DNA from: Bilabrum cf. latius
Lineage: Eukaryota
Length of the DNA: 64,000 bases
Direction: 5' to 3'
NCBI GenBank assembly: GCA_965178125.1
Contig: OZ237744.1
Span: forward strand, 434,001 to 498,000
The notes under the pieces are model-generated. The model did no database searches and was not told where the DNA came from. It was given only the letters and a program-made list of their open reading frames with translations. The translations under genes were made by a program, and so were the position numbers. Positions 24,301 to 37,200 of this stretch are shown here, in pieces (position 1 is the first letter of the stretch; the number at the start of each line of letters is the position of its first letter).

Positions 24301-26629
24301 TCTTGCGCACATCGCAGAGGCTATGCACAAGAGAGGAATCCTCATTGGTGATGACGGGGTACTGCCTGCATGGTGCGATCCAAACTTCAGGTAGAATGCC
24401 AATGGAAGACAGGTCGCCCTGAAAAGTTGGATCAAGGCTTGGGAAAATGACAATGGCAAGTGCCTTGTCCCATTCCTGCTACTCGACGAAGTTGCGGATG
24501 TGCGATGGAAAACCAAGGACGTGGTGGATCGGTTCATGTATAACCTGTAGGCGATTGCGGAGCACGAACATGTGCCGATGGTGATGAGACTCACTGGAAC
24601 GTGGTCGGACACCCCGAACTTCTTGTTCAACCGCTAGGGTGCTTTTGCCTTGCAAAAGCAAAAAATCCCGACGTACCAGCTGCAGAATGTGTCTGCGACA
24701 GTTGAGGCGTAGCTCCTGTGTCTGTATGGCGACCCAGGCAATGATGTGGAACCGGGCGTTTTGATCGCGAAGGCGATTGCCAAGAGGATGCTCGAGGACG
24801 ACCAGCTGACCATTCTACGCAAGCATGGTTTTCTGTCTCCCTACCCATTACTAGGAACAGGACAGTCAAGGAAAATCTATGGTCCAGTGGTTATTACGCC
24901 CAGTGACGCCAAGCAGTGGCGAGATACTGTCCCGGACTGGAAGGAGTAGGCGATGGAGGGGGAGCAGCTGGTTGAGATTCTTCGGCATTCGGCTGCAAAT
25001 ATCCCGCGTTTTCTTGTCAGGAGTATTGATGACAGCGTGTCGGACATGATTGGTGATAGGCTGCGGAACGATCTCAGTAGTGACCCGGCGTTCGCCCACT
25101 TTGCAGGTTGGTTGCTGCGCCAAACAGTGGCTGGAGGCCATCACAGCCTCAGACTTGCGGAGAAAGATTTCGTTGAGAGTGGTGTAGAAGTCTCCAACGA
25201 CATTGTGCGTAAGTCGCTTGCTGAAGCAAAGCAAGCTTCAGATGAAGGAAGTGTGGTCAAGTTCTTGGATAAGTACAATATTCGTGGCCATATTGTGACG
25301 GAAGCGGAGAAACCGAATTCGGTTGCGCCTCGTCTCGTGCGCTTTAGCTCGAAGCTGTTCCTTCTGGTTGCTAATGCTCACCTCAATCATGTGGCAGGTT
25401 AGCTAGCATAGATAGAGATCAGTGCACTGCATGATGCCAGTGGAGTGTATGGACAGGATCCAATTGAAGGTCTTGTTGCTGAAGGCTTCGCCTTGAACGG
25501 TCTTGACACGGTTGGAGAGCGCGTGGGGTTGAAGGGGACCCTTGGATTCCGCAGGCTGGACACTGAAAGATTCATGAAGGCATTGCCATTTGTGGGGAGG
25601 AAGAACAAACGCGTGAAGCAAGAAGCCGGTCTAGATAGGCTAGATTTGAAAAGAACAGCCGGCCAAGTTATTCCCGTCAATACGATACTGAAAGAGAGCC
25701 CTGACCGGCGTAAGGCTGATTTGGTGGCGATTTGTGTTGCTGATGGCTCAGATGAAGCTGTGGTAGTTCGGGCGCAGGTGAAAATGGACAGGATTCCCGA
25801 TAGGTGGCTGGAACACGCGAAGCACCTCTCCCGTTCTTGGTAGCGTAGAGTAGATGGGTTTGAGCCAGTGCTGTCGTGTCTCTAGCAGGCCAGCAATTTA
25901 AAGCATATCAAGAAGTGGACGCACCTGCCAGTCTGGCTGTCGGCAGTAGAGCCAAGTGATAAGAATGAGATCGAGGCCACTGGCGTGAAGGTGGTGAGCG
26001 GGGAGGCATTCTGGAGGATGGCCATTCCAGCGGTGCAGCTGACAGTGACTTCTTTGCATGAGTCGGCGCCCGAGTTCACGGACGATGAAAAGCACGACCT
26101 GTTGTCTAGGGTATAGCGACCGTTCACCTACATGGCCAGCGTAGAAAAGCGAGAGATTCGGCGTGAATGATGCAGGGATTCCTAGCGTATGCCCCTATTC
26201 TGGTTCAAAAGCTTCAAAAGCTTCAGGTGGAGTGAACAAGGTGGTATGGCACGTCCAAGCCCTGCCAGTCTATAGGAGGAAGGACGAATATTTGCCTGCG
26301 CCGATCTCGTCACCGGTTCGGTGCGCAACTATTGTGCGGTGTGCGATCTGAGATTGGTAAGGTAGGATGGTACACGTCTTACCCATTTTGTGCGTAGGAG
26401 TTGAACCGCACTTTGCTCGTGCTTCCGGTCGCAGCCAGGGCTGCATAGAGAGGCCAATGTGGCCAAACTTGGGTTGTGCTTGTTTTGATCGCACCCGCCA
26501 GAGCTTGCAACTGGGCCACCGATGGAAACTGATTAGTTTTTGACATCTGATAACTGATGTGTCATTCATGCCTGCAAAGAGCTCTCGCGTCACTTGCCCC
26601 GCAAAGCGTGGGGGCTGATTCACGCAGAC
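21345..26629. mobile_element. Putative ~5.3-kb insertion between 295-bp direct repeats, carrying an NTPase-REase ORF and degenerate ORF fragments
   Basis: Bounded by the duplicated gene 3' end. Visibly less GC3-biased than flanking genes. No terminal inverted repeats or integrase recognised. Confidence 0.5.
23063..26170 (+). CDS. P-loop NTPase + PD-(D/E)XK endonuclease-like protein (Crinkler/RHS-type architecture), 1,035 aa
   Basis: Intronless frame from ATG 23063 to TGA 26168-26170 with 12 in-frame TAGs. Walker A GLLVGAKGMGKS; Walker B PFLLLDEV; C-terminal PIEGLVAE...KADLVAI...VRAQVK (E..D..QxK REase-like). Confidence 0.65.
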
Positions 26630-26924
26630 CTCAGTTGGTCTCCACACACGTCCCGGCCGGCACACTCGCCACGTTCCGACCGCTCTGCCCGATCACGCAG
26701 CTCACGTCGGTCCGCTTCCCGTCCTTGGCCACAGACACCACCACCGTCTCCCCGGGGGCGCCCTCCAGCGTCACGCTCGCGCTGCTGCCGTCCTCCGCCC
26801 ACGCGATGAACCGGTCGCCCGAGGTGGGCACCCACTTGCCGGCCTCGCCCAGCAGCGCCCACCCGTTGGGAGACACGGGGCTCAGGTGGAAGAGCTCGAA
26901 CGTGTACTAGTCCGAGGGGGACAG
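26630..26924 (-). repeat. Direct repeat copy B, forming the in-use 3' end of the secreted glycosidase-like gene
   Basis: Matches 21050-21344 at an offset of 5580 bp. Confidence 0.95.
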
Positions 26925-29212
26925 CTGCAGGGGGTGGGAGCCGTCCACCTGCACCAGCTTGTCCGTTGAGTTCTGCTCGAACGCCACGTACGACTCGCCC
27001 ATCAGGCCCAGGTCGGTCAGGGACAGCGACATGGCGTCGGTCAGGTCGGCCGACAGCACGTGCCCGAACCGCAGCCCCTGCACCGACGACTCTGTGCTCC
27101 ACACCTCGCCTTCTGCACCGGTGCTGAAGGCCCTGTTGCCGATCATCGCGTCCACCAGAGTGGCCGACCGGTCGGGCCGCAGGAGGATCCCGTCCTCCCT
27201 GCAGGTGGCCATGATGATGGAGCGGTTGGACAGGCCGATCTGGTCGCTGAAGGCCACGGGGCCGCGGCTCAGCGTGAGCACAGCGGACTGCAGGCGGTGC
27301 CTGGGCTCAGTGCGATCGTCGTGGTACTTGTTCTTGGCCAGTGGCTGGTTGGTCTCCGACCAAGCGTTGTCCTTGGACGGCGCGATGCCCACGGCGTTGG
27401 CGAGCATGCCGCTGAGGCTGACGATCCACTGGTCGGAGAGGCTGGAATGGTAGTCTCCAGAGGCCCTCGCCTGCGACACCGTGGGCATCTCAAGCGACTG
27501 CATGATGTGGCGCACATGAGACATGCACATCTGGATGTGCTTGCCGGCGATTTGGGCACCTGCGTCCATCTGCATAAGCCACTGGCGGCCGACGGTCGCG
27601 CTCTCAGTGAGGATGGGCAGCTTGTCGGTCTGGAAGTCCAGCCAGTCCTGCTCGTACACGTCCATGGTGGCCCCCGGCCCCTTGGGATCCGTCATGATGT
27701 GCACCCACAGGTCGGTGTCCACAGGGAGGGCGAAATCGCCCGAGAAGACGAAGTTGTAGTCACCACCGTTCTTCTTGGCGTACACGGTCTGAGGAGACCA
27801 GAACCTGCATTTAATAGACGAGACAACATGGACAGACGAAAGGTATCGATGGGACGCCTTCACGACTACAAACCAAGACCTGCAGACCAAGGGGCGGTCT
27901 GAGGAGACCAACCCAAAACAACACCAGCCAACTCACCGGTTGTGCGCGATCGCCTTCCACTCCGTCTGGTTGTAGATGTACTCGAAGCCGTCGGGGAAGA
28001 TGCTCGGCATGGGCACCCACTCCGTCACTGCGCTCTTGTCGTCCTTGGGGTACCACCAGCTGTCTGCCAGCCACGTCCTGTAAGGGATGTTCTGCTGCTT
28101 GGCATACTTGGCGATGTCCACCATCGTGTCCTGGTAGTTCTTGCCAGGCTCGGTGTTGTAGTAGTACACGGCGCCGCTGCGAGAAACATGAACAATGCAA
28201 CACAAGGGGAAGGCGGAAGCAGTGATTCAAAGTGCACGGTGGGACGCACACGCAACAGGCGCCAAGCGGAGGAAGCTAGAAATCAGCCTCACTTGTCGGT
28301 CGAGTACTGCAGCGTGCGAAGCGTGAAGTCGTTGTCCGGCACGTCGTCAGGCTTGTTGTACGCCCGCCGCATCACCCGGCCCCAACCGCGCACAGCCGCA
28401 TTCACGCCGGCCTCCGCGTTGTTGCCGCCATGCACGATGGTGGACGTGGAGTACCCCGCCGGGATGTCCGTGACCGAGCCCATGGTGCCCGCCCGGAGGA
28501 CGCGCTGGCCGGTGGTGTCGAACTCGTGGGAGGCGGTGAAGAACTGGGAGAAGGGGCTGATGATGACAGAGCGCGCCTGGTCCTGGTCGAACACCACCAG
28601 GGGGCCGGTGCCCGAGACACCGCCCGGCACTTTGCCGGTCGAGTTGTCCCACTGCCCGATGTGGGTGCCTGACGCGCACATGTCGCCCTCGAACGCGAGG
28701 TATCCTCGCAGGCCTTGCTTGGATGCTCCTGATGGCCATTCCCCGACCACCAATGAAGGGAACGATGAAAGCACGCCATCGCGCGGCGAGCTTCCAGAAA
28801 TCGAAGTGTTCTTGGCTCCGTTCGGCCAGCTCTGCTCGAATACCACAAACGCCTGGTCCCCGCGCTCTCCTCCCCCGCTTCCATACTGACGCACCGTCGT
28901 CACATATGGGGTGCTGCCAGCCTTCCACGTGATGGACGTGCCAGTCCACTCGCCAAACGAGTCGGATCCAGACACGCTCGAATGGCCGGCGTAGCCCAGC
29001 GACCCGTCGGCCGTGCTGTACTTTTGCCCATCAGCCATGGTGAATACATCAATGGACTCCAGGTAAGCGTCGCCGCCGACCTGCAGGACGATGTGACCGG
29101 ACTGGGGATCAGCGATCGTTGCCGTGACGTCGTTTGGGTTCGCGGCAGTTGCAGTTGTTGGCATGTGGGCGGTGAGGGCCACCGCCGCCAGTAACGCTGC
29201 ACAGGTGTACAT
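26631..29212 (-). CDS. Secreted glycoside-hydrolase-like protein (TIM-barrel, possibly clan GH-D related), 3 exons
   Basis: Signal peptide MYTCAALLAAVALTA. Introns at about 28179-28291 and 27805-27935. Motifs YSTDNGAVYYY, LADSWWY, IFPDG, AHNRFWS, VYEQDWL, QARASGDY, GPVAFSD. One TAG at 26907-26909; ends TGA. The function assignment is inference. Confidence 0.7.
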
Positions 29213-29391
29213 TGTTTTACTACCGGTAGCAAATTGGCTGCTTATACTGCCAAAAACAGGCAGATAAAACCTGTAAATCACTGGAATGAATGTCGCGAGG
29301 ATCGCTCGCACAAAAAGTATGTATTAATCAATGTTGTGTGTACTAATAGGCAAGAGAATAGCTCGTGTAAGTTGGCCAGCCTGCGCACCGA

Positions 29392-30394
29392 TCAAGAGCT
29401 GAGGGCCGCTAGTCTTGCGCTCAAATCACCTCCACCGGCCCCACCGCTTCCTCCCGATGCCCCTCCACCGCTGCCGCCACCGGATGGTGCGCTGGGCATG
29501 GCGGTCGCGTCGATGGCCCCTTCGCCGCTGCCCCCGGCAGCCGCGGACGCAGGGGCTGGAGATGGGGCAGCACCCCCGGCTGCGACAGCAACGCGGCCAG
29601 TTGGCGCGGCTGCTGCTGCGGCAGGAGCTGCGACTGCTGCGCCTCCTTTCGGCACAGCAGCCACCGTTCCGAACTTGCCGGCTGTGATCTCACCAAGCAC
29701 CGCATCGATTTCCTCGTCAGCCATATCATCCAAATCCTCTTCCTGTATAGAGTCCAACTCGTCCTCGATCACCTCCCCGATGATCTCCGATTTGTGCATC
29801 TCTGCCGCTAGTCGCCGCGCAGTCGCTGCTACTCCCGGTGCATTCACGAGTTTGTTCATGCCTGCCATGAGCTGTGCGCTCTTGCCAAGGACGCCAGCAA
29901 CCTTAACCATTGATGCCTGCTACTGCATTTGCATCATCACGGAGTTGAGCTGCGTGCGGCTTGTCAGGATACGGTCTTGTGCAGCCCTATTCTGCAACAG
30001 TTGCTTGGCGAGCTGCTTCATGACGCCTCGCTGACCTTTCCGAGCAGCATTACGGATTTCAGCTTCCGTTTTCCCGGCATCTCGCTACATGCCTGCAATG
30101 AAAGGCTGCATTTGCTGTATCATGGATCGGGTTGGCAATCTAACCAGTGCAACTAGCCATGGTCGGCGATCTCACCAAGTCTTATTCTATCCAGACTTCG
30201 CAGCTCTTTGCGCATCTCGCGCTACCATCGCTTCATCTGCAGTTAAGCGGAGCACATGTGAAGAGCTCCAGTCGTAAATGAGCCCAGTTTGAAAAAATAT
30301 AAATGGCAAAGCTGGTCTAAGACAATTGTCTGCTCACGTCATCCTTCAGCTTGTCTTGGGGTGACTGCTATGGCTCAGAACTGAATGACCACAT
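29392..30394 (-). CDS. VPS24: ESCRT-III subunit VPS24/CHMP3 (Snf7 family), 3 exons
   Basis: MKRW*REMRKELRSLDR; GM*RDAGKTEAEIRNAARKG; KQLAKQL..RTQLNSVMMQMQ*QASMVKVAGVLGKSAQLM..NKLV; EMHKSEIIGEVIED; C-terminal MIM-like LSARLAALSS. TAG at 30368, 30222, 30085 and 29920; ends TGA. Confidence 0.85.
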
Positions 30395-30646
30395 CTTAGA
30401 GTGAGAATAACTAGACTGCAAGCTGACGTAGTGGCCGTATATCTTCGCGTAATGCTGGCATCACGGATCGTCTTCTGGCTGCTGCGTGCAGTGCACCCGG
30501 GGCCAGCCCGCGATGTGTCAAAGAAGAAAGCAGTGCATCGCTGAAATCAATCGACATCAACATCTTCGGGGTTGTCCTGGTTCTCTATAACACTAATTCA
30601 GCCCATCGAGGCCACTACAGACGACACAAAAATGAAATTCAAAAAA

Positions 30647-30717
30647 TACTCGCGCCGGGAATCGAACCCGGGCTATTTGAATGGAAATCAAAGATACTAC
30701 CATTATACTACACGAGT
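30647..30717 (-). tRNA. tRNA-Gly (anticodon TCC)
   Basis: Cloverleaf with acceptor ACTCGTG/CGCGAGT, anticodon arm TTTGA-TTTCCAT-TCAAA and T arm CCGGG-TTCGATT-CCCGG. Discriminator A, followed by a T6 Pol III terminator. Confidence 0.85.
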
Positions 30718-31264
30718 GCATGAAGGGGATCTTCAAATTGAATATATATTAGATGCAGCAAGTACATTATTGAACCTCATATTCTTCTATTTGTGTCACG
30801 GTGCGTAATGTTCTTCAGTAGGTCACCCCTGTGAAATCATGTAGGTCACTATACTCACTGGGATCATATGACAAGCTGTTTTGTGGCTTACGTTTCGCCT
30901 CCAGCAGCACTCACTGCCGTGCCATCCATACAAACCAGGTACCACTGGAGGGGCACTGAAGTGCAGCACTGCAACATACTCCCAACATTTGCCAAGTTCA
31001 CCAGCTCGCTTCAAGAGTCTCATCGTAACCCCAGGCCTCCGCTGCCTCCAAGGGCGAGATACGCCTCAACCGACCCATCCCCGTCTCCACACACCCGAGG
31101 CAACGCCCGACTCGGAGCGTGCTCGCAAAGAGCATGCAGCACTGAAATCCATGCGTTGGAGACAACGCGCGCAGCATGATTGCAGCTATTTTGATTTCCA
31201 TACCAATTCGCCGCGACCCAGCCACCCTTCAAGCCAGTGTGCATTGGTATCACGCAACCCGCTA

Positions 31265-34200
31265 TCAGTTTTCGTACAGGAATGCTGCACCTGCTTGAGT
31301 CTTCCTCTTTCCCCTTGCCACCATGCCACCCATCCGACGGACTCCAGGTTGCCGCAACCCCCCACCGAGCTTTGCACCCAGTGTGCCATTCGCACCGGCA
31401 GCAGCTGAAGAGCTCGCAGTTGCAAGTCTGCCAACAGCCTTGCTATTGACAACGACAACGGCACCAGCACCAGCACCAGCACCAGCACCAGCACCAGCAC
31501 CAGCAGGTCCACTATCGGCACGTAATCCAGGCGCTTGACTTGCTACTTGACTATTCAGTGACTACCCACCCCCTGATGCGCGGTCAATACTGCCTGGCTT
31601 GGTGCTAGACGCTACGGACTCTTCTGCTGCATGTGTAGAGGATCCAGGCTTCGAAGACGATGTACCAGCGAGGCGGCGAGCTAGCTTTGTCCCGGTCCCG
31701 GTCCCGCCTCTCGCTGCGCGACCATGGCCAAGGGATGGTCTCTTTCTTGCAACCGATAGGCGCGGCCTTACCGCGCTAGAAGAAAGCAACATCGTACCCT
31801 CTCCTGCTGCGGCTCCTGCGCGAGGCAGGCTCGTCCTTCCCCTCAGATGAGATGCTTGCCTGACCGAGCCTGGAGTGCCTGCTGCGCGGTGACCCGTTGG
31901 CTGGGTCGAGATTCGCCGCATCACAGGGCAGCACCCTACCCTCATGTCAAGACTCCATTCTAGTTCGGGTGCCTGCGTCCTCACCGCTGCCTTCAAATCC
32001 GAGCCGTGGGCAGGTACCGGCGCATGCTTGCTGCTTGCGCGGCATGCAGATCCTGCGAGCCACGCACTCCCACCCTTCATCACCTGCTGGGCAGCTACTG
32101 CTGCTGCCCATCCAGCGGTTGGCACGTGGTTGAGCCCAGCAGAAGTCGCAGCACCCGCAGCACCAGCAGCTTGGGCAGCTTTTCGAGACCGTGCAAGCGA
32201 CAGAGCAACCTCCCGGCGCAGGCCAGCCATGACGGGTGCCAGGCTCCTCGTGCTGGCATCAGTGCGAGTCGCCAGGTGCGTGCAGTCTGTCCAAGTGCAG
32301 CGCACTGCAGGTATTCTTGGCATGACTGACATCAGAAGCACGTCCCTGAGAATGACGACGGTACCGGGCTGCAGCACCCGCTTCGCTGCCCCGAACCTGT
32401 CGTGCCTGCCCTGCAGCTCGAGACTGAGCAGGCCACCAGACTCATCCGTTAGAAACACCTCAACGTCACCCTATAGCGCAGTGCCAGAACGACCTCTCTC
32501 GCCTTCCTACGACAGGCTAGGACCTGTTGCAGCTGCTGCTCGCCGGGCCACAACGACCGCCACGATGTCTACGATTGAGTTAATCTGGACGACCTCGGGC
32601 AACGTCATGGCTGCAGGCCTCACTCGCCTGATCCAGGCAAACTCGCTTAGGGGCGAGGGCGGCGATTTCGTGGGTGGGGGCGCGGGGGTTTCTGCTCTTG
32701 CTATTGCGCGTCCGCTCCACGTCTCAACTGTGCCCTGCCCTCCTAACGAATTGTCGAACCGTACTATCTTTGGAGTAGCCCCGGAGCTAGCCGCATCAGC
32801 TTGTGCTGATGCCTCAGTACTATCCTCCGATGTACCAGGGCATGGAACCGGTATTCCGATAGCCCGCGAAATCTCCGCGATATTCCATCGCATCCGACCC
32901 GAATATCCGATGTTTGACAATGAGATAGCTTGGGCCAAGTCACGCCTGTTGCTGGCCGAAAGCCTAGATTTTGCAGGGGTCTGCATCGCGCTAGCATCAA
33001 AGGACACGGATAGCACACTCTCTCCAGCACTGGACGATTTCTTTGCGGAATGCAAAGGAGTGACCGCCTTCGTTGCGTGTGACATGGGCCTTGCATCTTC
33101 ACCTGAAGATCGCCCATTCTAGCATGGGCCAGTCCCACCCCCAGCTGGCTGGTCTTTCGGAACCGGCAAGGGAAGCGGCTCTGCCCTCGTTCCCCTGGTA
33201 GACGACAATCGGATGCCGAGCCTTGCTACTGCAGCGTTACCTCCTGTTCTGCTTGTGAGCCCGCGGCACCCTCGGATCTTTGCAGCGGCTGCCGATGCTC
33301 CATGCGAGGCTGGAATGAGCGGCGCTCCGCGTCGCTTCCTCGCGATTCTGTGCAGAGCAGACATGGAGGCTGCCGCGCTGCGCCTCTGCAAGGCTCGCAG
33401 CTATTGCTAGCGGCTGAAACCCTTCGCGTGCTGCGCTACATCCGGAGGGGCCCACCACGTCGAGCTTCCACGCCTAGCATCTCTGAGGTCCCCAGGTCGC
33501 ATGTGCGGGCTGCCACCGACCTGGACGTTGCACAGCCTCACCCGGGACCCCTCGCGCAGGCCGTGCATCTCGTCCATGCCGGCCCGCCACAGCGTCACTT
33601 CTGCCTCTACCACGAGAGGCACCTTTTGAGCGGCCATTCTAGACAGTGATTGAAGCTGCTTCTGCCAATCTGAGTCATCCAAAGGTGCAATGCCTGCAGC
33701 CTCGGGCCGATTGCGCTTTCCAAATACCTGCGCTTTGGAAGCAGTAGCGCTCACCGCAGGAGCCTCGGTTCTCGCTTTCTTCCTGGAGTGCGTCTACGGG
33801 GTGGACCATACGCCCTTGCTGTCAGGACGTGGTGGCGAGCTTGAAGCACATGCTTGCGCAGCCGTCTCGTCATTGGCACGGGTAGGATCTGAATGCACCG
33901 ATGACGACGTCGAAGAAGTTGCTCCAGGCTGCGGTGGCACTGAATCTGATTTGGTCGCCTCATCGCTCGCCTCTTCTGGTACTTCCGGTCGCTTTCGCTT
34001 CCTCGGCAGGGCACCCGCGGCACCATTGCCATCAAAGGAAGCCTTCTCAAGCTCCATCCTTGCCTGCGCCTGAGACAGCAGGATGGGTCTTACAGCCCCT
34101 TGCAGACTTGTTTCTTCTCTCGAAGCTGCTCCACGCAGCACAACCGGCGAGAAAGGCAGGGGTGGCATTCGGTGAGCCAAGCGCTTCCCACTGCCGTTCA

Positions 34201-37200
34201 CAGGGGCAGACATGGGCCTGTTGAGCTCCTCTTCCTGGGAACCGGAGGTGTCCGTCTGATGGTTAGAATCCCCCTAGCTACTAGACAGCCGTGACAAGCG
34301 CCGAGACAGCCGTGATGGCGGAAGCCGCCCACGCGCAGAGCTAGGAGTCTGGCTGCCTGCCGTTCTGCCTGCGCCAGTAGGGGTTCCTGACACCCCATCT
34401 GATTCGTCGCCCTCCATCATTTCCTGAGTCGCAACGTCACCAAAGGCAGCGAGAGCATCCTCCAGGCTGGCATCCAGATCATGACCGGCATCATCGCTGT
34501 CACCGTCTGAGCCAGCCCGCCCAGGGTGTTTTCGATCAGCACCTGGTCGTACCGTGCGGGACGCACTGCCGGCCTTTGCCGGCGGGCTGAATCGCTTTGG
34601 CCCTTTTGAAGCAGCTAGTTCACGGCAGCGTCTCAAATGAGACTCGAAAACGGGGTCCTGCGGTGCCCAGCAGTCATGGTCGCCACTATCTGAGCCAGTC
34701 CGTGGCAGCGCTGATTCTGGCGGCCGCGGCAACGGGGCAGGACCCGCTGATCCAGCGGTCGCGCCAAGAGTGACCAGCTCGGCCGGGCACTAGTCCACCA
34801 CGATGCAGCTCACAAAGGGCATGGCATCTTCTCTCCTGCCGCCCTCGAGCTCTCTCAACTTGGCTTCAGCGCGCCGTTGCTGTGATTCAACGCACGCAGC
34901 CATCTCTTGCCTCAGCATCGATTCCATGTCTTCGCCATCGCTACCCCGTGACCTTTTCCTGTTCTACTTGGTCCGCTGCTGCATTTCACTCTCAACCTCT
35001 TGCCTCTCCTTTGCAAACTCAACCTCCAGCTCTGCCTTGACCCTTGCCACCTCTTTGGCTCGCTCAGCAGAAGCTTGTTTCGAGAGCATGTCAAGCTCAA
35101 GTTGGGACACTGAGCGCTTGGATCCATCGGGGAGAGTTGCAAGGTACCGCGGGGCCATCTGTCGCACCACCGTAACAACGATGCAGGGGGCAGGGCCTCC
35201 TTCTGGCAGCAGCGACCGAAGCGATACTGGGAACAGCTGCTGCTGCTGAAATCCAAGCTTTGCGTGCCAAGGTGCTCTACGAGTAGCATTTGCGAACAAG
35301 ACGAGGTGTCTATCCTTCAGTAGGTCGCGCTTCAGCATACCCCTGCCTTTTTGCTTCGACTTGGAGGTCGACTTGGACCTCTTTGACGAGCTGCTTAAAA
35401 CAGATGACGAAGAGGACGCAGAGGCCTCGCGTGACCCCGTGCTGAAGTCAGACCAGCCCCCCAAATGCATGTGTACAGCATTGGTTGCTGTCTCAAGTGG
35501 GTCGCAGCCGTCTACTTGCATGCCTCCGCCCCGCCCACCAGCAGGCTTTGAAGAGCTACCAGCACTTCCTGATGCTTGCTGGTCACCTGATGGAGCGGTA
35601 GCGGCTTGAATACGCGCAACACCCCCAACAAGCTGGGCACAAGAGACCCTGATCTTGTCGCCAGGCCGAATGCGACGATCACACGCATACCTTGACAGAT
35701 GGGGGTCAAAGCGAGCCTGGATTGAGTACCATCCATCTGAAAGAGTTGCGACAGCCTGATTCGCCTGGCCAGCTGCACCGCTCACTGCCTTGTCGGTCTG
35801 CTGCAGCTCCGATGCAGTATTTGTCTCGATGCTTTCTACGGCCAGAATCATATATCTTTCAGCCTTCGAGTCCCCTTCCAGTACTCGACGCAGGGCAGAG
35901 CGCCGCCCTTCACTGAACTCCCGTTGGAATCGCTTCCCCAGCCTGGTAGCAACGACTCCGAGACGCAAGCAGGCATCTCCAGCCGCTGCAACGACCGGGT
36001 CGGCTAGTTCGGCCGGTAAAACCTGCTAGGCAATGCATGCCCCTATCTGTAGCGCCTCTCTCAAGTCACTCTGCGTCGATCCTGTCAACGACTTCAGCTA
36101 ACGTGCAGCCTCCTTCAGGATCCAGTGCTCCATGGCTGCAAGCTTCCACACTGTCATTTTAAACTGCTGGGCAATCCAGGACGGCGTGAGCTGGTCTGCA
36201 GGACCCGTCCCGGACTGCACAAGCTGTCGATGAATATCCTGCACACCGACCGTTGCAAATGGCACGGATAAACCGCTTTTTCCAGCGACGACCCTTCCAT
36301 CCCCGCCGAATCGAGTGAGAACTGCATCCCCTGCGGTCACTTTGAGGCCACCGAGCTGCGACAGCAAAAATTGCTTAGCTCGAGAAACGGCACGATCGGG
36401 GTGAATCCCCAAGTTGTCGATCTTCGCAACGAGCTCCAAGGGGCTAGACCGCATGCTGCCGCTCGACTCTGCAGCCGCCCTAATCGCCATGAATGCACAC
36501 AGACAAGCGACACGATAGGCTCTCTGTTGCAAGCCGTCTTTCATGGATACCTTCGGGCCGCTTAAATGCGCGTTGTGCTGGCCGATCGACCACATTCCGG
36601 CCGGGCCGATGAACAGAGCTCGACTGGAACTCTTAGAGGCTTCAGCAGACTTTGCAGCTTCAGCGTGCCTGTTCTAGGCAGGCTATCGCACCCTTGCGGC
36701 CGGTGTCGGTGTCATTAACGCCAGCTGTGGCATATCATCGTGTGATATGTCAGCACCAACTGTACGGTTGAATGATGCGGGGGTTTTTGAGGGTACTCCG
36801 CGGGCTAAGGCAGACCTTGGGGTGCTTGCTAAAGCACTCATTCCTGACGTAGCGGCATGGATGCCTATAGCACTCATCGCCGACCCCTCCAAGGATTCGA
36901 GAGCCAGTGCACTGCTGCTGCTGCTGCTGCTGCCTTTGCCGACAGTGCCATCTACCTGCGAAGCGTCTGGTTTGGTACCATTTGCTCCTCTACCTGCACT
37001 TGCACCTGCACCTCCATCTGTCCCAGCCGCCTCCAGCAGCTTGCCCGCCTCCCCATCAGCCGATGCCAGCATCGCACGAGCTCGAGCCTGTGCCTCAGCC
37101 GACACACGCACTGGCCGGTTCCGCCCTGTCTGGAAGCCCACGCTGCCCCCCGATGAGGCACCGCCAACAGACCCACTACTAGCACCGCCTGATGCACCTG

